Of a DNA stretch of 64,000 nt, positions 1 through 11,281 are shown piece after piece. Position 1 is the first letter of the stretch; the number at the start of each line of letters is the position of its first letter. Source of the stretch: the human T2T-CHM13v2.0 reference genome, Homo sapiens; NCBI RefSeq assembly GCF_009914755.1, contig NC_060926.1, one strand, 5' to 3'. The notes beneath the pieces are model-generated. The model was given only the letters and a program-made list of their open reading frames with translations. It was not told the DNA's origin and did no database searches. A program made the translations under genes and the position numbers.

Positions 1-1101
1 CAGGCTCTCTTCACCAATTAAGGTATTTCTGAAATTCCAGCCAGTCACACACAAACAAACATTTCATGAATAGAAATATGTCAATAGAATATTTAAGTGC
101 AAATATTGCATTTCCACATTTTACAAGAATACACTTTCTAAAATAAACTATTTAATTTTTTATAAATTGGCTCCTCTGCAGAAATGGTTTAAAAGCTAGG
201 AAAACATGAATTGCAGCATTTTTTTAACAGGTGGTAGTATAAAGAAAGTTTTTAAAAAAATTTTTTCTATACTTCAGTGCAAAGATTAAATTGAGATGTA
301 GTTTTCTAAAGGGCAGTTTGGCATTTTTCACCTTAATAAAATGAAGCCTCCTCCATTATGACATAATACGAAATGAAAGCTTGAACATTTTCATCACATC
401 ATATGACAAATAGTATATATAATAATGAAGGCTCAGGATTAAAAATGTTTCAAACCATATTCGTGTCGAAGGAAAATGAATACTGGGTGACTCAAAAAAT
501 ATGGCTTCTAGCATCGTGAACCAACTTAAACACTGAAAGATGTGATTGTCTATAAAACAAGAAACAAATTAAGGAGGCTTTGAGATATTGAAGTCTACCT
601 GAAGTACAATATATACATTTCTTTTTGCCTTCTTAAATCTCTGTAGAAGAATAAGATTTTGTATTCCTGAAACAGACTGTGAGACAATTGATAGGAATCA
701 GATATCTGGTATAAATTTTTTTGGTGAAGCCACTGAAATTAAAGTTAAAACAGATATCTGGCCAATTAAAGAACTGACCATTCATGTTTTATGATTTCAA
801 ATATGTGAATCCTAAAATGGTGTCAGGAACTAGCATCTACCTCTGTACTGTACAGGCATCAGTGTGTGATGCTGAGTCACTTAACCCTGTGCTTCAGGGA
901 TGTGTTGACTAATAAGCCCTAATAAGAAGTCAAGTGAAAAAAAATGTAAGTGCATTGGATTGCAATATTAAGACAAGATGAAAAAAAAACACTGAGCTAC
1001 AGAAGAGTTCATTTGAAAGGCTAAAATCTATGTCATAATGTGAAAAGAATATTACTAATTACAGAGTAGAACAGGCACTGTTCCAAGTGCTTTATCTATA
1101 C

Positions 1102-1655
1102 TGTAGTAATTTTAAAACTTGTCCAAAATTTCTTTGATACTCCTCCTCATTGAGATTTGAGGTTTATATCGCTTTCTCTTGACTCTGGAGCCACCTTAAC
1201 GACTTGCTTATAACCAATAAACTGCAGCAGAAATGTTGCTATGTGACTTTCGAGACTAGATAAGAAAAGACTGTGCAACTTCCTCCTGGTTCTCTTGGGA
1301 TGTTCACTCTGAGTGAAGTGAGCTGTAAAAAGTCAAACTACCCTGAGACTGACACTTAGGAGAAGCCCTGTATATTCACTCCAGTGGACAGTCCAAACTG
1401 AGCTCCCAGTTGTCAGCCATCATCAACTGTCAACATGTGAGTGATTCATCTGCTGTACATGGCCCATTCAAGTCTTCAAAATAACAACAGCCCCAGCCAC
1501 ATCTTACTGTAATCGCAGGAGAGACTCTAAATGAGAACGTCTTGCTGAGATCTCCCAAATTCCTGACTCATAAATCATGAGCACAACAAAATGGTTGTTT
1601 TATGCTGTTAAGATTTAGACTAACGATTTGTTATACAACAATAGTAACCAAAAAA
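1102..1655 (+). mobile_element. MaLR (MLT1-type) solo LTR inserted into a MIR
   Basis: TGT start and typical MLT1 3' end (ttgttttatgctgttaagattt...tgttatacaacaatagtaac); MIR-like sequence on both sides. Boundaries approximate. Confidence 0.6.
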
Positions 1656-2429
1656 TATATTAACTCTAATCCTCATAACAACCTTACAAAATAGCTACTC
1701 TTATTCCCATTTCTTGGATAAGGAAATTGATTCCCATTGATATTAAATGGCATTCCCAACGTTACATGGCTTGTGAGCAGCAGTGCTGATATCTGAACCC
1801 AGGTAGTCAGCCTCCAGGGTCATTTCTCTTAAGTATCTCGAAATGGATATTGTCGTCTCTGAACTTTTGTGCCATCTCAGATCCTTTTGGCGTCACCTGA
1901 CTCTGGAGCCAGTCACCACTTCTTTCAGCTGCAGTCACCTCTACAGAGATTAATGCTAAGCGGACTGTTGCCAACTTCATCTTGCCTAATGCCCCTGCTA
2001 CCTACTGTCAGCTAGGGACCCAGAAATTCCCTGTATTGATGCTAAGACATGACATGCTGTAGTACCCTCTTTGAGCCCACACATATGTGTCTAGGCACTG
2101 TGGAAGAGCTAACACCCCATAAGGCAAAATGTACCTCCAGAAAGAACTCTTCTACTTTTCTTCTGTAGACAAACTCTCCTGAGAAGCAGTAGTTTCAAGA
2201 AGTGGGCTCCTAGAAGGTAGTCTCCAGATCAAGTAATCAACTGCATTTGATACCAAGTAGCACTCAGTCTGGTAATGCACCATTCTATTAGCTGTGCCTT
2301 CTTTCCCACTTCTGATTTCTTCACTCCTGCCCCCTTAGATTGTTCTCACCAATAAGAACTAACACATAGGCCAGTGTTTCCAGCCCTGCTTTCTGAGAAG
2401 CTTGGACCAAGATAATGTCCAACCATGTT

Positions 2430-3830
2430 TTTATTAAATTATTATGCCTATATATACCTAAAATAGATAGCATTGTTTTGCATATTTTAAATTAAAATAA
2501 ATATTATTATACCATAAGATCATTTCACAAGTTGTTCACTCAACACTGTGTTTTGGAAATTTCCCTATGTAGCTATATGGAGCTCTAATTCATATGTGTT
2601 AAATGTTAAATATTATGTCATTGTGTGAATATGTTACAGATAATTTATTTCTTCTTCTGTATATGAATATGCATAGGATCCCTAGAATTCACTACTAAAA
2701 TGTTAGTGTAATGAACAACTACTGTTCTTCTCTTTTTGTGTGTGCATGTGATAAGTCCTTCAGGGGCTACTTAGAGAATTGTTAGATTGAAGTATGCACA
2801 TGTTTCAATTTTACTAGATATTTTAAAATTTGTTTCTAAATGATTTTATAAAGTAAATCCTTACTGGCACTTCTACAAATTCTTAACAAAGCTCGGTATT
2901 ATGAGTCTTTTAAAAAAACTCGTTTAATTTTGTGTAATTGGAAAATAGTGAAATTGTTGGTTTTAATTCCCTTTCCCAGATTATTTATGAGATTGAACAC
3001 GTTGATTATTATTGAGGCTACTGATGAGATATGAGCATGTTATCATTTCTCATTTTTTTCACTTTTTGTCTTTGATTTTTGCTTTTGCAATAATTCTTGA
3101 TATATTCTGGGTCCTAGATCTCTGTTGATTGAATGTATTGCAAATATCTTTTCCCAGTATAGAATATCTACTTTCATTTATTAGGGGTCTTTCACTGTAG
3201 AGACTACTTAATATTTTAAAAGATCTATATTTTCTTATGTAGCTTTAACTTTTTTATCTTTTACAAGAAAAACTCAAATAATTTATAAGAAACCAGGAGT
3301 TTAAACAATCTGTTTATCTTTAAAAATTAAGTTTTACTTTTCAAATTTAGGTCTCTAACTCATGTTAAACTTATTATTTGGTACTGTTTCACATAGAAAT
3401 CTTGTTTTTTTTCTCAATAGAGACAACACATCCCACTGTGTCATGTGATTTTCTTAGATTTCATTGTTGGACATTTTATTCTTTTCTACTCGTTAATTTT
3501 CTATTCCATGTTATTATCACATTGTCTTAATTACCATACAGCATTATAATTCATCAACTAGTTTCTTCTTTTTCAAACCTATCTTAGCCATTTTTGATTC
3601 TGTACTTTTCTATCTGAATTTTAAGAACAGCTTTTTAAGGTTGCATTAAAAATCACAAAAAAAATTAGATTTAAAGAATATCAAAATATGTCTTTACTAA
3701 AATGACTCTTCCTCATTTTTGCAAGTCTTTATACCTTTAAACAATTTATTATGTTTTTTTCCACAAAGGTATTAAATAATTTTTGTTAGACTTATTCCTG
3801 GTTACCTTATAGACTATTATGCTATTCTCT
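2430..3830 (-). mobile_element. Old degraded L1M fragment
   Basis: T-rich antisense L1 3'-region motifs (gagattgaacac, tattgcaaatatcttttcccagt). Boundaries approximate. Confidence 0.5.
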
Positions 3831-3949
3831 AGGCTTAACATAGCAAACTTTAAAACAAATAAATATGATATATTCAGAGAATGATGAATTTTATGAAGTA
3901 AAACACAGAAGAATGTAATAGAACATTTCTGGAACACGATAGGGTGGAC

Positions 3950-4340
3950 TATTAAGAAAATGTGGCACATATACACCATGGAATACTATGCAGCCATAAA
4001 AAATGATAAGTTCATGTCCTTTGTAGGGACATGGATGAAGCTGGAAACCATCATTCTCAGCAAACTATTGCAAGGACATAAAACCAAACACTGCATGTTC
4101 TCACTCATAGGTGGGAATTGAACAATGAGAACACACGGAAACAGGAAGGGGAACATCGCACACCAGGGCCTGTTGTGAGGTGGGGGGAGCGGGGAGGAAT
4201 AGCATTAGGAGATATACCTAATGTTAACGAGTTACTGGGTGCAGCACACCAACATGGCACATGTATACATATGTAACTAACCTGCACGTTGTGCACATGT
4301 ACCCTAAAACTTAAAGTATAATAAAAAAAAGAAAAAAAAA
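3950..4340 (+). mobile_element. L1PA 3' end, heavily 5'-truncated, with A-tail
   Basis: Near-consensus aagaaaatgtggcacatatacaccatggaatactatgcagcc...taccctaaaacttaaagtataataaaa. Confidence 0.92.
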
Positions 4341-4700
4341 GAAATAGCCTCATATGAGGTGAAGAGTTATAATTAGGCTGGTGCCAAGCCACATGAAGAT
4401 ATGAAAGAAAAAATGCAATACAATGTCCTCAAGAAGCCAATTTGTATAGAGTAAAATGGAGCAGAAAGAGATGTATGAAATGATGTCAGAGCATGGAGAG
4501 CCTTATCAGCTAGTGTAAAGCGTTTACATGAGTATAGGCCATGGAGGCCATGGGCTTTGGAGCTTTATTCTGGCACTGAGATATCACTGAGACTGTCCTC
4601 TTCGGACAGATCAGCTATTTGGGCTAAGGATGAACAAGACACATGGGATGTATCCACCTCTGCATAGTGGGAGTGACCCCAAGGTAAGTGTCCCCTTTGT

Positions 4701-4823
4701 AATCATGCTTCACCTTCAACTTCTAATGGGTTGCCATAGAGTAATCATCATACACTCCTGACTGATGCATGATATAGCAATCATGCTTCACCTTCAACTT
4801 CTAATGGGTTGCCATAGAGTAAT
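4701..4823. repeat. Perfect 45-bp direct repeat with 33-bp spacer
   Basis: aatcatgcttcaccttcaacttctaatgggttgccatagagtaat at 4701-4745 and 4779-4823. Confidence 0.95.
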
Positions 4824-6319
4824 GGTAATGGTAGGCTTTTTTCAAAAACTGCTTTTATTAACTACTATGACTGTTTATATTATTAGTAGCTTTCATGTAC
4901 TTACAAAACATTCCAGATTCTGCTTACTATAGCAATATTTTCCAAAACCCAGCCAGAGTTCTCCTCTGCTCAGCCTATCTGCCAAGAGTATTTTTATACA
5001 CATCTGGCAACTTGGAATCTGGTCACTATGAAAGTGTGCCCTTCCGTTAAAAAAAGAAGATAACCTTGAGGGCTGACATACCTTTAGCTACATCTGTCTA
5101 GATCTTACAGTTTCCTTTCACATGCTTCCTAAGTTCCAGTAACCAGTTTTCTCTCCTGGCTCAAGGCCACTACATCATTGGGCACCATCACTGGGAAAGG
5201 TTCACATCCAACCCAATGTCTTGCACAGTGAGATGGTAATAACATGCAGTGATTACCATAGAGCTGGTTCATTGACTGTGGTGGTGTAATTTACCAGACC
5301 AATTCAGTTCTTAACTTTCCTCCAATAGTGCTTACCTGAATTCAAAATGAGACTTATGACAGAAGGCAATGTAGATAAAGCATTTAGATAGGACATGTTT
5401 TTGTTTCACACGTAAAATATTTGGGGGTTTTCAGTGGGTACATGAGAAGTAAACCACAATGGTAATATTGATTCTCCACTGAAAAGTTATTTTAAAAACT
5501 GATATTGACAATGCTTATTATTATAGATTTCCCCACAAGACTCACTGCCTCAAGGGAATTTGGGAATGGAAAGGGACATTAGCTCTTTTTTATTTTTTAC
5601 CATCAATGGAGCGATTCTTTTCTGTCCTTGAGCAGTTTTCATTCACATGACTTACAGCACTTCTTCCAAACCCTCACAACTAACAATAGTCAGTATTACA
5701 GTAGAAAGTAGGAAGAGAACTTTGAAGTCAGGCTTCCCAGTTTCCTTCATTTATTGTATAACCTCAAGCAGGTTATATAACCTTGCTATGTGTCAGTTTT
5801 CTCCTCTTTAAATATTGTTTTAATCGACTGATGTGCTTAAAACAGACCTTGACATATAACAAGTACTCAATGTAAATTATCTGTACATTATCTATTAATA
5901 TTTTTCTGAAAAATGCCATACTCCTCTGCCTTCAAATCTCACTCTTAGAAAATTACCTTGTCAATTCCTTCACAGTTTATGTAGGACATTAAGCCTGAAC
6001 TCTTCTATTCTCATCCTTCCCCTTTTCCTGCTAATTTAGCCTCTACCATTATTACTTTTTAATTTCCCATTGTAGGAATTATTCCTCCAGCCAAGGATGA
6101 TCGGTCCAACTATACATAAAACATAGTCTCTTTCGGAGTCTTGTTTGTTAATTATTCCCCTCTCTGAATTATTCTTAGCATTCCTTTTCTTAATGACCCT
6201 CAATTTCTGGCCCATAAATATGTCCAAGTCTCTTATCTTAAAAAAATATGTGTTAGAGCCATTTGGAAGATATTTTGGCATTTTTTACAAAGCTAATCAT
6301 AGTCTTAGTATACAATTCA

Positions 6320-7070
6320 GATATTATGCTACTAGGTGTTTAACCAAATGAGTTGAAAACTCACATTCACACAAAAACCTGCGCATGAATGCTTGTAGCA
6401 GATTTATTCATAATTGCCAAAAATTGGAAGCAACTGAGATGTCCTTCAATAGGTGAATGGATAAATAAATGGTGACATATACACATAATGAAATATTATT
6501 CAGCAATAAAAATAAATGAGCTATTAAGCTACCAAAAAACATAGAGGAAACTGAAATGCATGTTGCTAAGTGAAGAAGCCTGTCTGAGAAAGCTACATCC
6601 AATTGATTCCAATTATATGATATTCTGGAAATGGCAGAATATTGAGATAATAAAAAGATCAGTGGTGGCCAGAAACAGGGAGAGAGGGGGAAAGGGGTGA
6701 CTTGATGGAGCACAGGAGACTTTTAGGGCAGTGAAACTATGATACCTTCATGATGGATTACATTATTTGGCAAAATTTATAGAATTATATATTACAAAGA
6801 GTCAACTCTAACATAAACTATGGACTTTATAATAATAGTGCATCAATATTGCTCAATATGAGCAATATATTGAGCAATATTGCTCAATATAACTCAATAA
6901 TGATGTTAATAATAATGCATCAATATTGCTCATTAATAATAACAAGCATACTACACCAATGCAAAAATGTTAATAACAGAACAAACTATGGGCTAGAGGA
7001 AAGAGAGTGTTTATATACTGCAAACTTAAAGCTGCCCTAAGAAATAAAGTCTATTAATAATAATTTTTAA
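6320..7070 (+). mobile_element. L1M (L1MC-like) 3' fragment
   Basis: cacacaaaaacctg...aattggaagcaac...gaatggataaataaa...ggggcagtgaaactat motifs. Confidence 0.7.
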
Positions 7071-7629
7071 AAACTCAAGAAGATTCATATATATCATTTC
7101 ACAGCAGCACCTAGATTAGTATTTGCTTGAGTAATTGGAGGAAGGTGTGTGCATATAACAGGACATGGGAATCTTGGGGGCCGTCTTAGAATTCAGCCTA
7201 TCCCACTATCTTATTCTATCCTGTCACCCATCAACAGCATTTTTTGTGACAATAAAGTTGATGTCCCCTACACTTCCAAAATGGGGCCTTTCTTTTCTCT
7301 TTCCATTTATTTGTCTGGATTATCTACTTCCAAGGTTTCAACTACTTTTTATACAGTGTTAACTACAAAATCAATCTCTTCTACCCAATTAACTCTTCTA
7401 AACTGCACACAAATATTTCTAGCTACCTCCATTTCAGATTTCCAAAAAAGACTCAAGGAAAACTCATGAATGCCATCGTACGCGCACATAAAATAAGAAC
7501 ACGATTCTTTTTGTCAACTCCTTTTCTTTGAATGAGATCACCACTTACTCAGTTGCCCAAAACAGAAAACTTGGAGCTTTTGCTGACATTTATTGAAAGC
7601 TTAGTATAGATCTGAGACTCCCTTAAATT

Positions 7630-7852
7630 CTTTTTTTAAATTTTTATTTTAAGTTCAGGGGTGCATGTGCAGGTTTGTTACATAGGTAAACTTGTATCAT
7701 GGGGGTTTGTTGTATGGATTTATGTATGTCATCCCTCAGGTATTAAGCCTAGTACCCATTAGTTATTTTTCCTGATCCTCTCCCTACTCCCAGCCTCCAC
7801 CCTTTGAAAGACACCAGTGTGTGTTGTTCCCTTGTATGTGTCCATGTGTCCT
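7630..7852 (-). mobile_element. Short L1PA/L1PB 3' end fragment
   Basis: T-tail then ttaagttcaggggtgcatgtgcaggtttgttacataggtaaac. Confidence 0.8.
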
Positions 7853-8710
7853 CTTCATTTACAAGTATTAACATTCAATCCTCACAACATCTCTATAGGG
7901 GAAGGTATTCTTTGAAAATCTTAGCAGTTTTTTCACTTTTCTAGGATATTATATTTAGTTAATGGTAGGGCTAGAGCCAAAACTGTCTGGCTCAAGACCT
8001 AAGCTCTTAACCAATGTGCTATTTTTCTTTTCCCATACCCACTTGGTCATCATATCCTATTAATTCTACCTCTGCAATATTATTCAAACTCACCCCCTTG
8101 TCTGTAGTTCTGCTATTATGATCAGGGTTCAGGATCTCATAAAACATTTCTCTAATCTTCATACTGGGGTTCCTAATACAACTTTTGCCTGTTTCAAATA
8201 ATCCCTACATTCCTGTCATGTCATTCACACTTAAATGGATATGAAGTTTCTACTTCTCTGCTTAAAGGCCTTCTAGGAAAACTTTCTAGCCTGTCATACA
8301 AAGTCTCCATCTGATTCCTACACATAATTTCTGCCTTGACCTTTTGTTCATAACTGAATCTGCATTCGTATCTCCCATGATTCTTTTCTCTTTTCATGTC
8401 TGTCTTCTCTTAATATTCAGACTTCCTTGTGAGCAAGAGTCCATATAGCTCCATAGAGCTATGAGTATATAAAATACACTCAATAAATATGCCTTGAGTA
8501 AACTGTACTTAGAATCTTTCTTTGTTTCAAGATCCATATTTGAGATCATAAGATCCATATTTTTGAGATTCATAATAAAAGATAACTTCAAGAAAGTAAA
8601 TGAAGAATTTATTTCTATGGCAAAAAATATTGATATATACTATGCTGTTAATTATATATGAAATATTACATCTGTTGAGATTAGGACCTGGAGTCTGATT
8701 CTTCATTTCA

Positions 8711-9029
<319 letters not shown>

Positions 9030-9149
9030 AAGAAAGAAGAAAGAAGGAGAAGGAGGAGAAGAGGAGGAGGAGGAGAAGGGGGAGGAGGAGGAGGAAGAAG
9101 GAGAAGGAGGAGGGGGAGGAGGAGGAGGAAGAAGAAGGAGGAGGAGGAA
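9030..9149 (+). repeat. 120-nt pure purine (GAA/GGA)n tract grown from the Alu tail
   Basis: No C or T on the + strand from 9030 to 9149. Confidence 0.95.
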
Positions 9150-9904
9150 TTGCAGGTAGTTACTATTCCGATTGCTTCACCCCACCTCACCCCCCTCCCC
9201 GGCCTACTTGTTTTACTCCTAGATAATATATCTAACAGCAATCCAACTATAAAATATTAATATATGTAACATATAAGCATTTGACTATTACAACTGAAGG
9301 AAAATGGTAGCTATCACTGGGGGCGAACAGGATCACCCAAGTGCATTTAATGGACTGTAATAAACCACATTTCCTCACAGCATGATTCAAATGTTCTTCC
9401 TCAATTTGCAATTAACTGATATCCACAACTGGTTACTTTGGGAACTTTGTATTCCTGCTTTAGGAAAACAAACAAGGTTTATTTCTTGTGGTTATCATAT
9501 AAAAATAACTTCTCATATCTAAGATCTTTCAAGCTTCCTCTCACTTGCCAACCTTGCCTCACCTTCCTGGTTTACACTTCTAATAATTTTCATGTGTTCC
9601 TCCGGCTAACCCCTGGACTCCTGATCTCCTTGCTGGAGGTGAGAATGATGCCAGGGTTAGCGACTGCTCTGCGGTTCCCCAAAGCTCCTCCTACCCAGAC
9701 GGCGACAGTTTGGATGCTGAGGTTGGAAAGCAGGACAGGGGACACTCCTGAGTGCAGCTCGGAGCGGGGAAAGCCGAATTCCGGGGGCTGAAGAGGCCGC
9801 GCAGGGGACGAGCGCCTGCGATGCGGAGCGTGGACTTCTTGGGCCGTACCCCTGCGGCTCAAGCTGCCCCGGATTCGCTTCTCCGGCCGTGCAGCCCGGC
9901 GCGG

Positions 9905-9932
9905 GCCGCTGTCCACAGTGGGAGGTGCTGAA
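9905..9932 (-). promoter_or_regulatory. Non-canonical (9-nt spacer) RE1/NRSE REST site
   Basis: Minus strand reads TTCAGCACC-tcccactgt-GGACAGCGGC; both half-sites match the consensus TTCAGCACC-nn-GGACAGCGCC (9/9 and 9/10). Confidence 0.7.
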
Positions 9933-10211
9933 AGCAGGGAGCGGGTGCGGGGGCGGCGAGGCGGACCGCTGCTCCGAGCGCCCCCCTCCTCGCTCCGCGG
10001 CTCCTCCAGCCCTCCCCTCCTCCCGCAGCCATGTTCCACGCGCGGGGAGGGGTGGGGGGAGGGGAGAGGCACGGGGGATCAGGGCGGAGAGAGCCGGCTC
10101 TGCCTCGGGGAAGGAGGGGATGAGAGTTGGGAGCAGCGGGAGGAGGCGGCGGCGGCGGCTAGCGAGGAGACAGAGCTGGGTCCTGCAGTAGGACTCCCGG
10201 GAGCCACCATT

Positions 10212-10303
10212 ATGGTGAAGAGGAAGAGCTCCGAGGGCCAGGAGCAGGACGGCGGCCGCGGCATCCCCCTGCCCATCCAGACCTTCCTGTGGCGGCAAAC
10301 CAG
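10212..10303 (+). CDS. UNC80: UNC80 coding exon 1 (92 nt)
   Basis: ATG at 10212 in context gccaccattATGg; translates MVKRKSSEGQEQDGGRGIPLPIQTFLWRQT, the UNC80 N-terminus; donor CAG|gtgagg. Confidence 0.97.
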
Positions 10304-11232
10304 GTGAGGGGCGCAGAGGGCGCACCGCGGGCCGCCCTGGGCTGGGGGCGCTCCTGGGGCCGCCCGGGTCGCCGCTGCCGCCGCCGCCGCTGAGGCCGCG
10401 CCACAGCCTGCAGCTCCCTCTCTGGGGCTGGAAAACAAGCCCTCTGCACCAGCTTAAAAACACGCATTAAAATATGTATATATATGTATATATTTCAGTG
10501 AAGTTTGACGACAAGCAGATTGGCAGTTGTCGCATAAATGTATACATTATTTTAGGGGGTGGGAGGGCAGAGAGCCTGGGAAGAGGGGGCGGGGAGCTAG
10601 ATAATTATGACTGGTTGTGCTCCTGCGTCCAATTCCCCCTCCATCTCCTGCTGTAATTCTAGCCCAGTGACCTGTTGTTTTTCCAGCTCCTGTTTGGCGA
10701 ATATCTGCTATGCCCACTTGTTAACCGTTTTGCTCAGATTAATCTCCCCAGTTAAATCTCCTGAGGATTTGTGATAAGGGACCTTCCCCCACAACCCCGG
10801 AAAGGCCTGACACCTATTCCAATAAACAGAAAAGGTTTTCTTTATTATTGTTATTTTAGAGATTTATCAGATAAGATATTAGATTCTGGAAATTATGACC
10901 CATAAGCCGTGTTCAATTTTCAGTTTTTATTATGACTGTACACGTAAGTAATGCACCACTTCTGACCACTGGCGATTTAAAATCTTAGAAGTCTTCAGAT
11001 TAAGAGTGGATACCGAAAACCATCGAGATCCACTTCTCTTTCATATATGCAATTACACGTGTAAAAGAAAATGTCATCAGCTGTTCAACACCTGCTCATT
11101 AAAAAGCTATAAGGAAGCATGAAATTTGAATTTCATAGCATCCTGTCTTATTCATTGAAAAATACGTCACAAGGATGCTTTAATAATAATTTTACTTATG
11201 TTTATTAACAAATATCTCTATTAATTTTTCAG

Positions 11233-11281
11233 TGCATTTTTGAGGCCCAAACTGGGGAAGCAATATGAAGCTTCTTGTGTG
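11233..11281 (+). CDS. UNC80: UNC80 coding exon 2 (49 nt)
   Basis: tttttcag|T acceptor, GTG|gtatgt donor; (S)AFLRPKLGKQYEASCV; phase fits exons 1 and 3. Confidence 0.95.

Larger units (their letters stand above)
9740..10410 (+). promoter_or_regulatory. CpG island / UNC80 promoter, 5' UTR and start of intron 1
   Basis: Sharp switch to very GC- and CpG-rich sequence around the start codon, with GC boxes and short (GGC)n/(GCC)n runs, in an otherwise AT-rich window. The exact TSS cannot be read from sequence. Confidence 0.9.

Noticed and set aside
4701-4823. Repeat-spacer-repeat resembling a minimal CRISPR array
   Set aside because: Only two copies, eukaryotic context, no cas genes; it is a local duplication.
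8529-8575. Short imperfect tandem duplication (aagatccatattt...); similar one at about 53834-53862
   Set aside because: Ordinary slippage-scale duplications with no supporting features.
9438-10467. Long overlapping ORFs on both strands (up to 268 aa)
   Set aside because: Stop-poor CpG-island sequence with low-complexity translations; only the UNC80 frame is supported.
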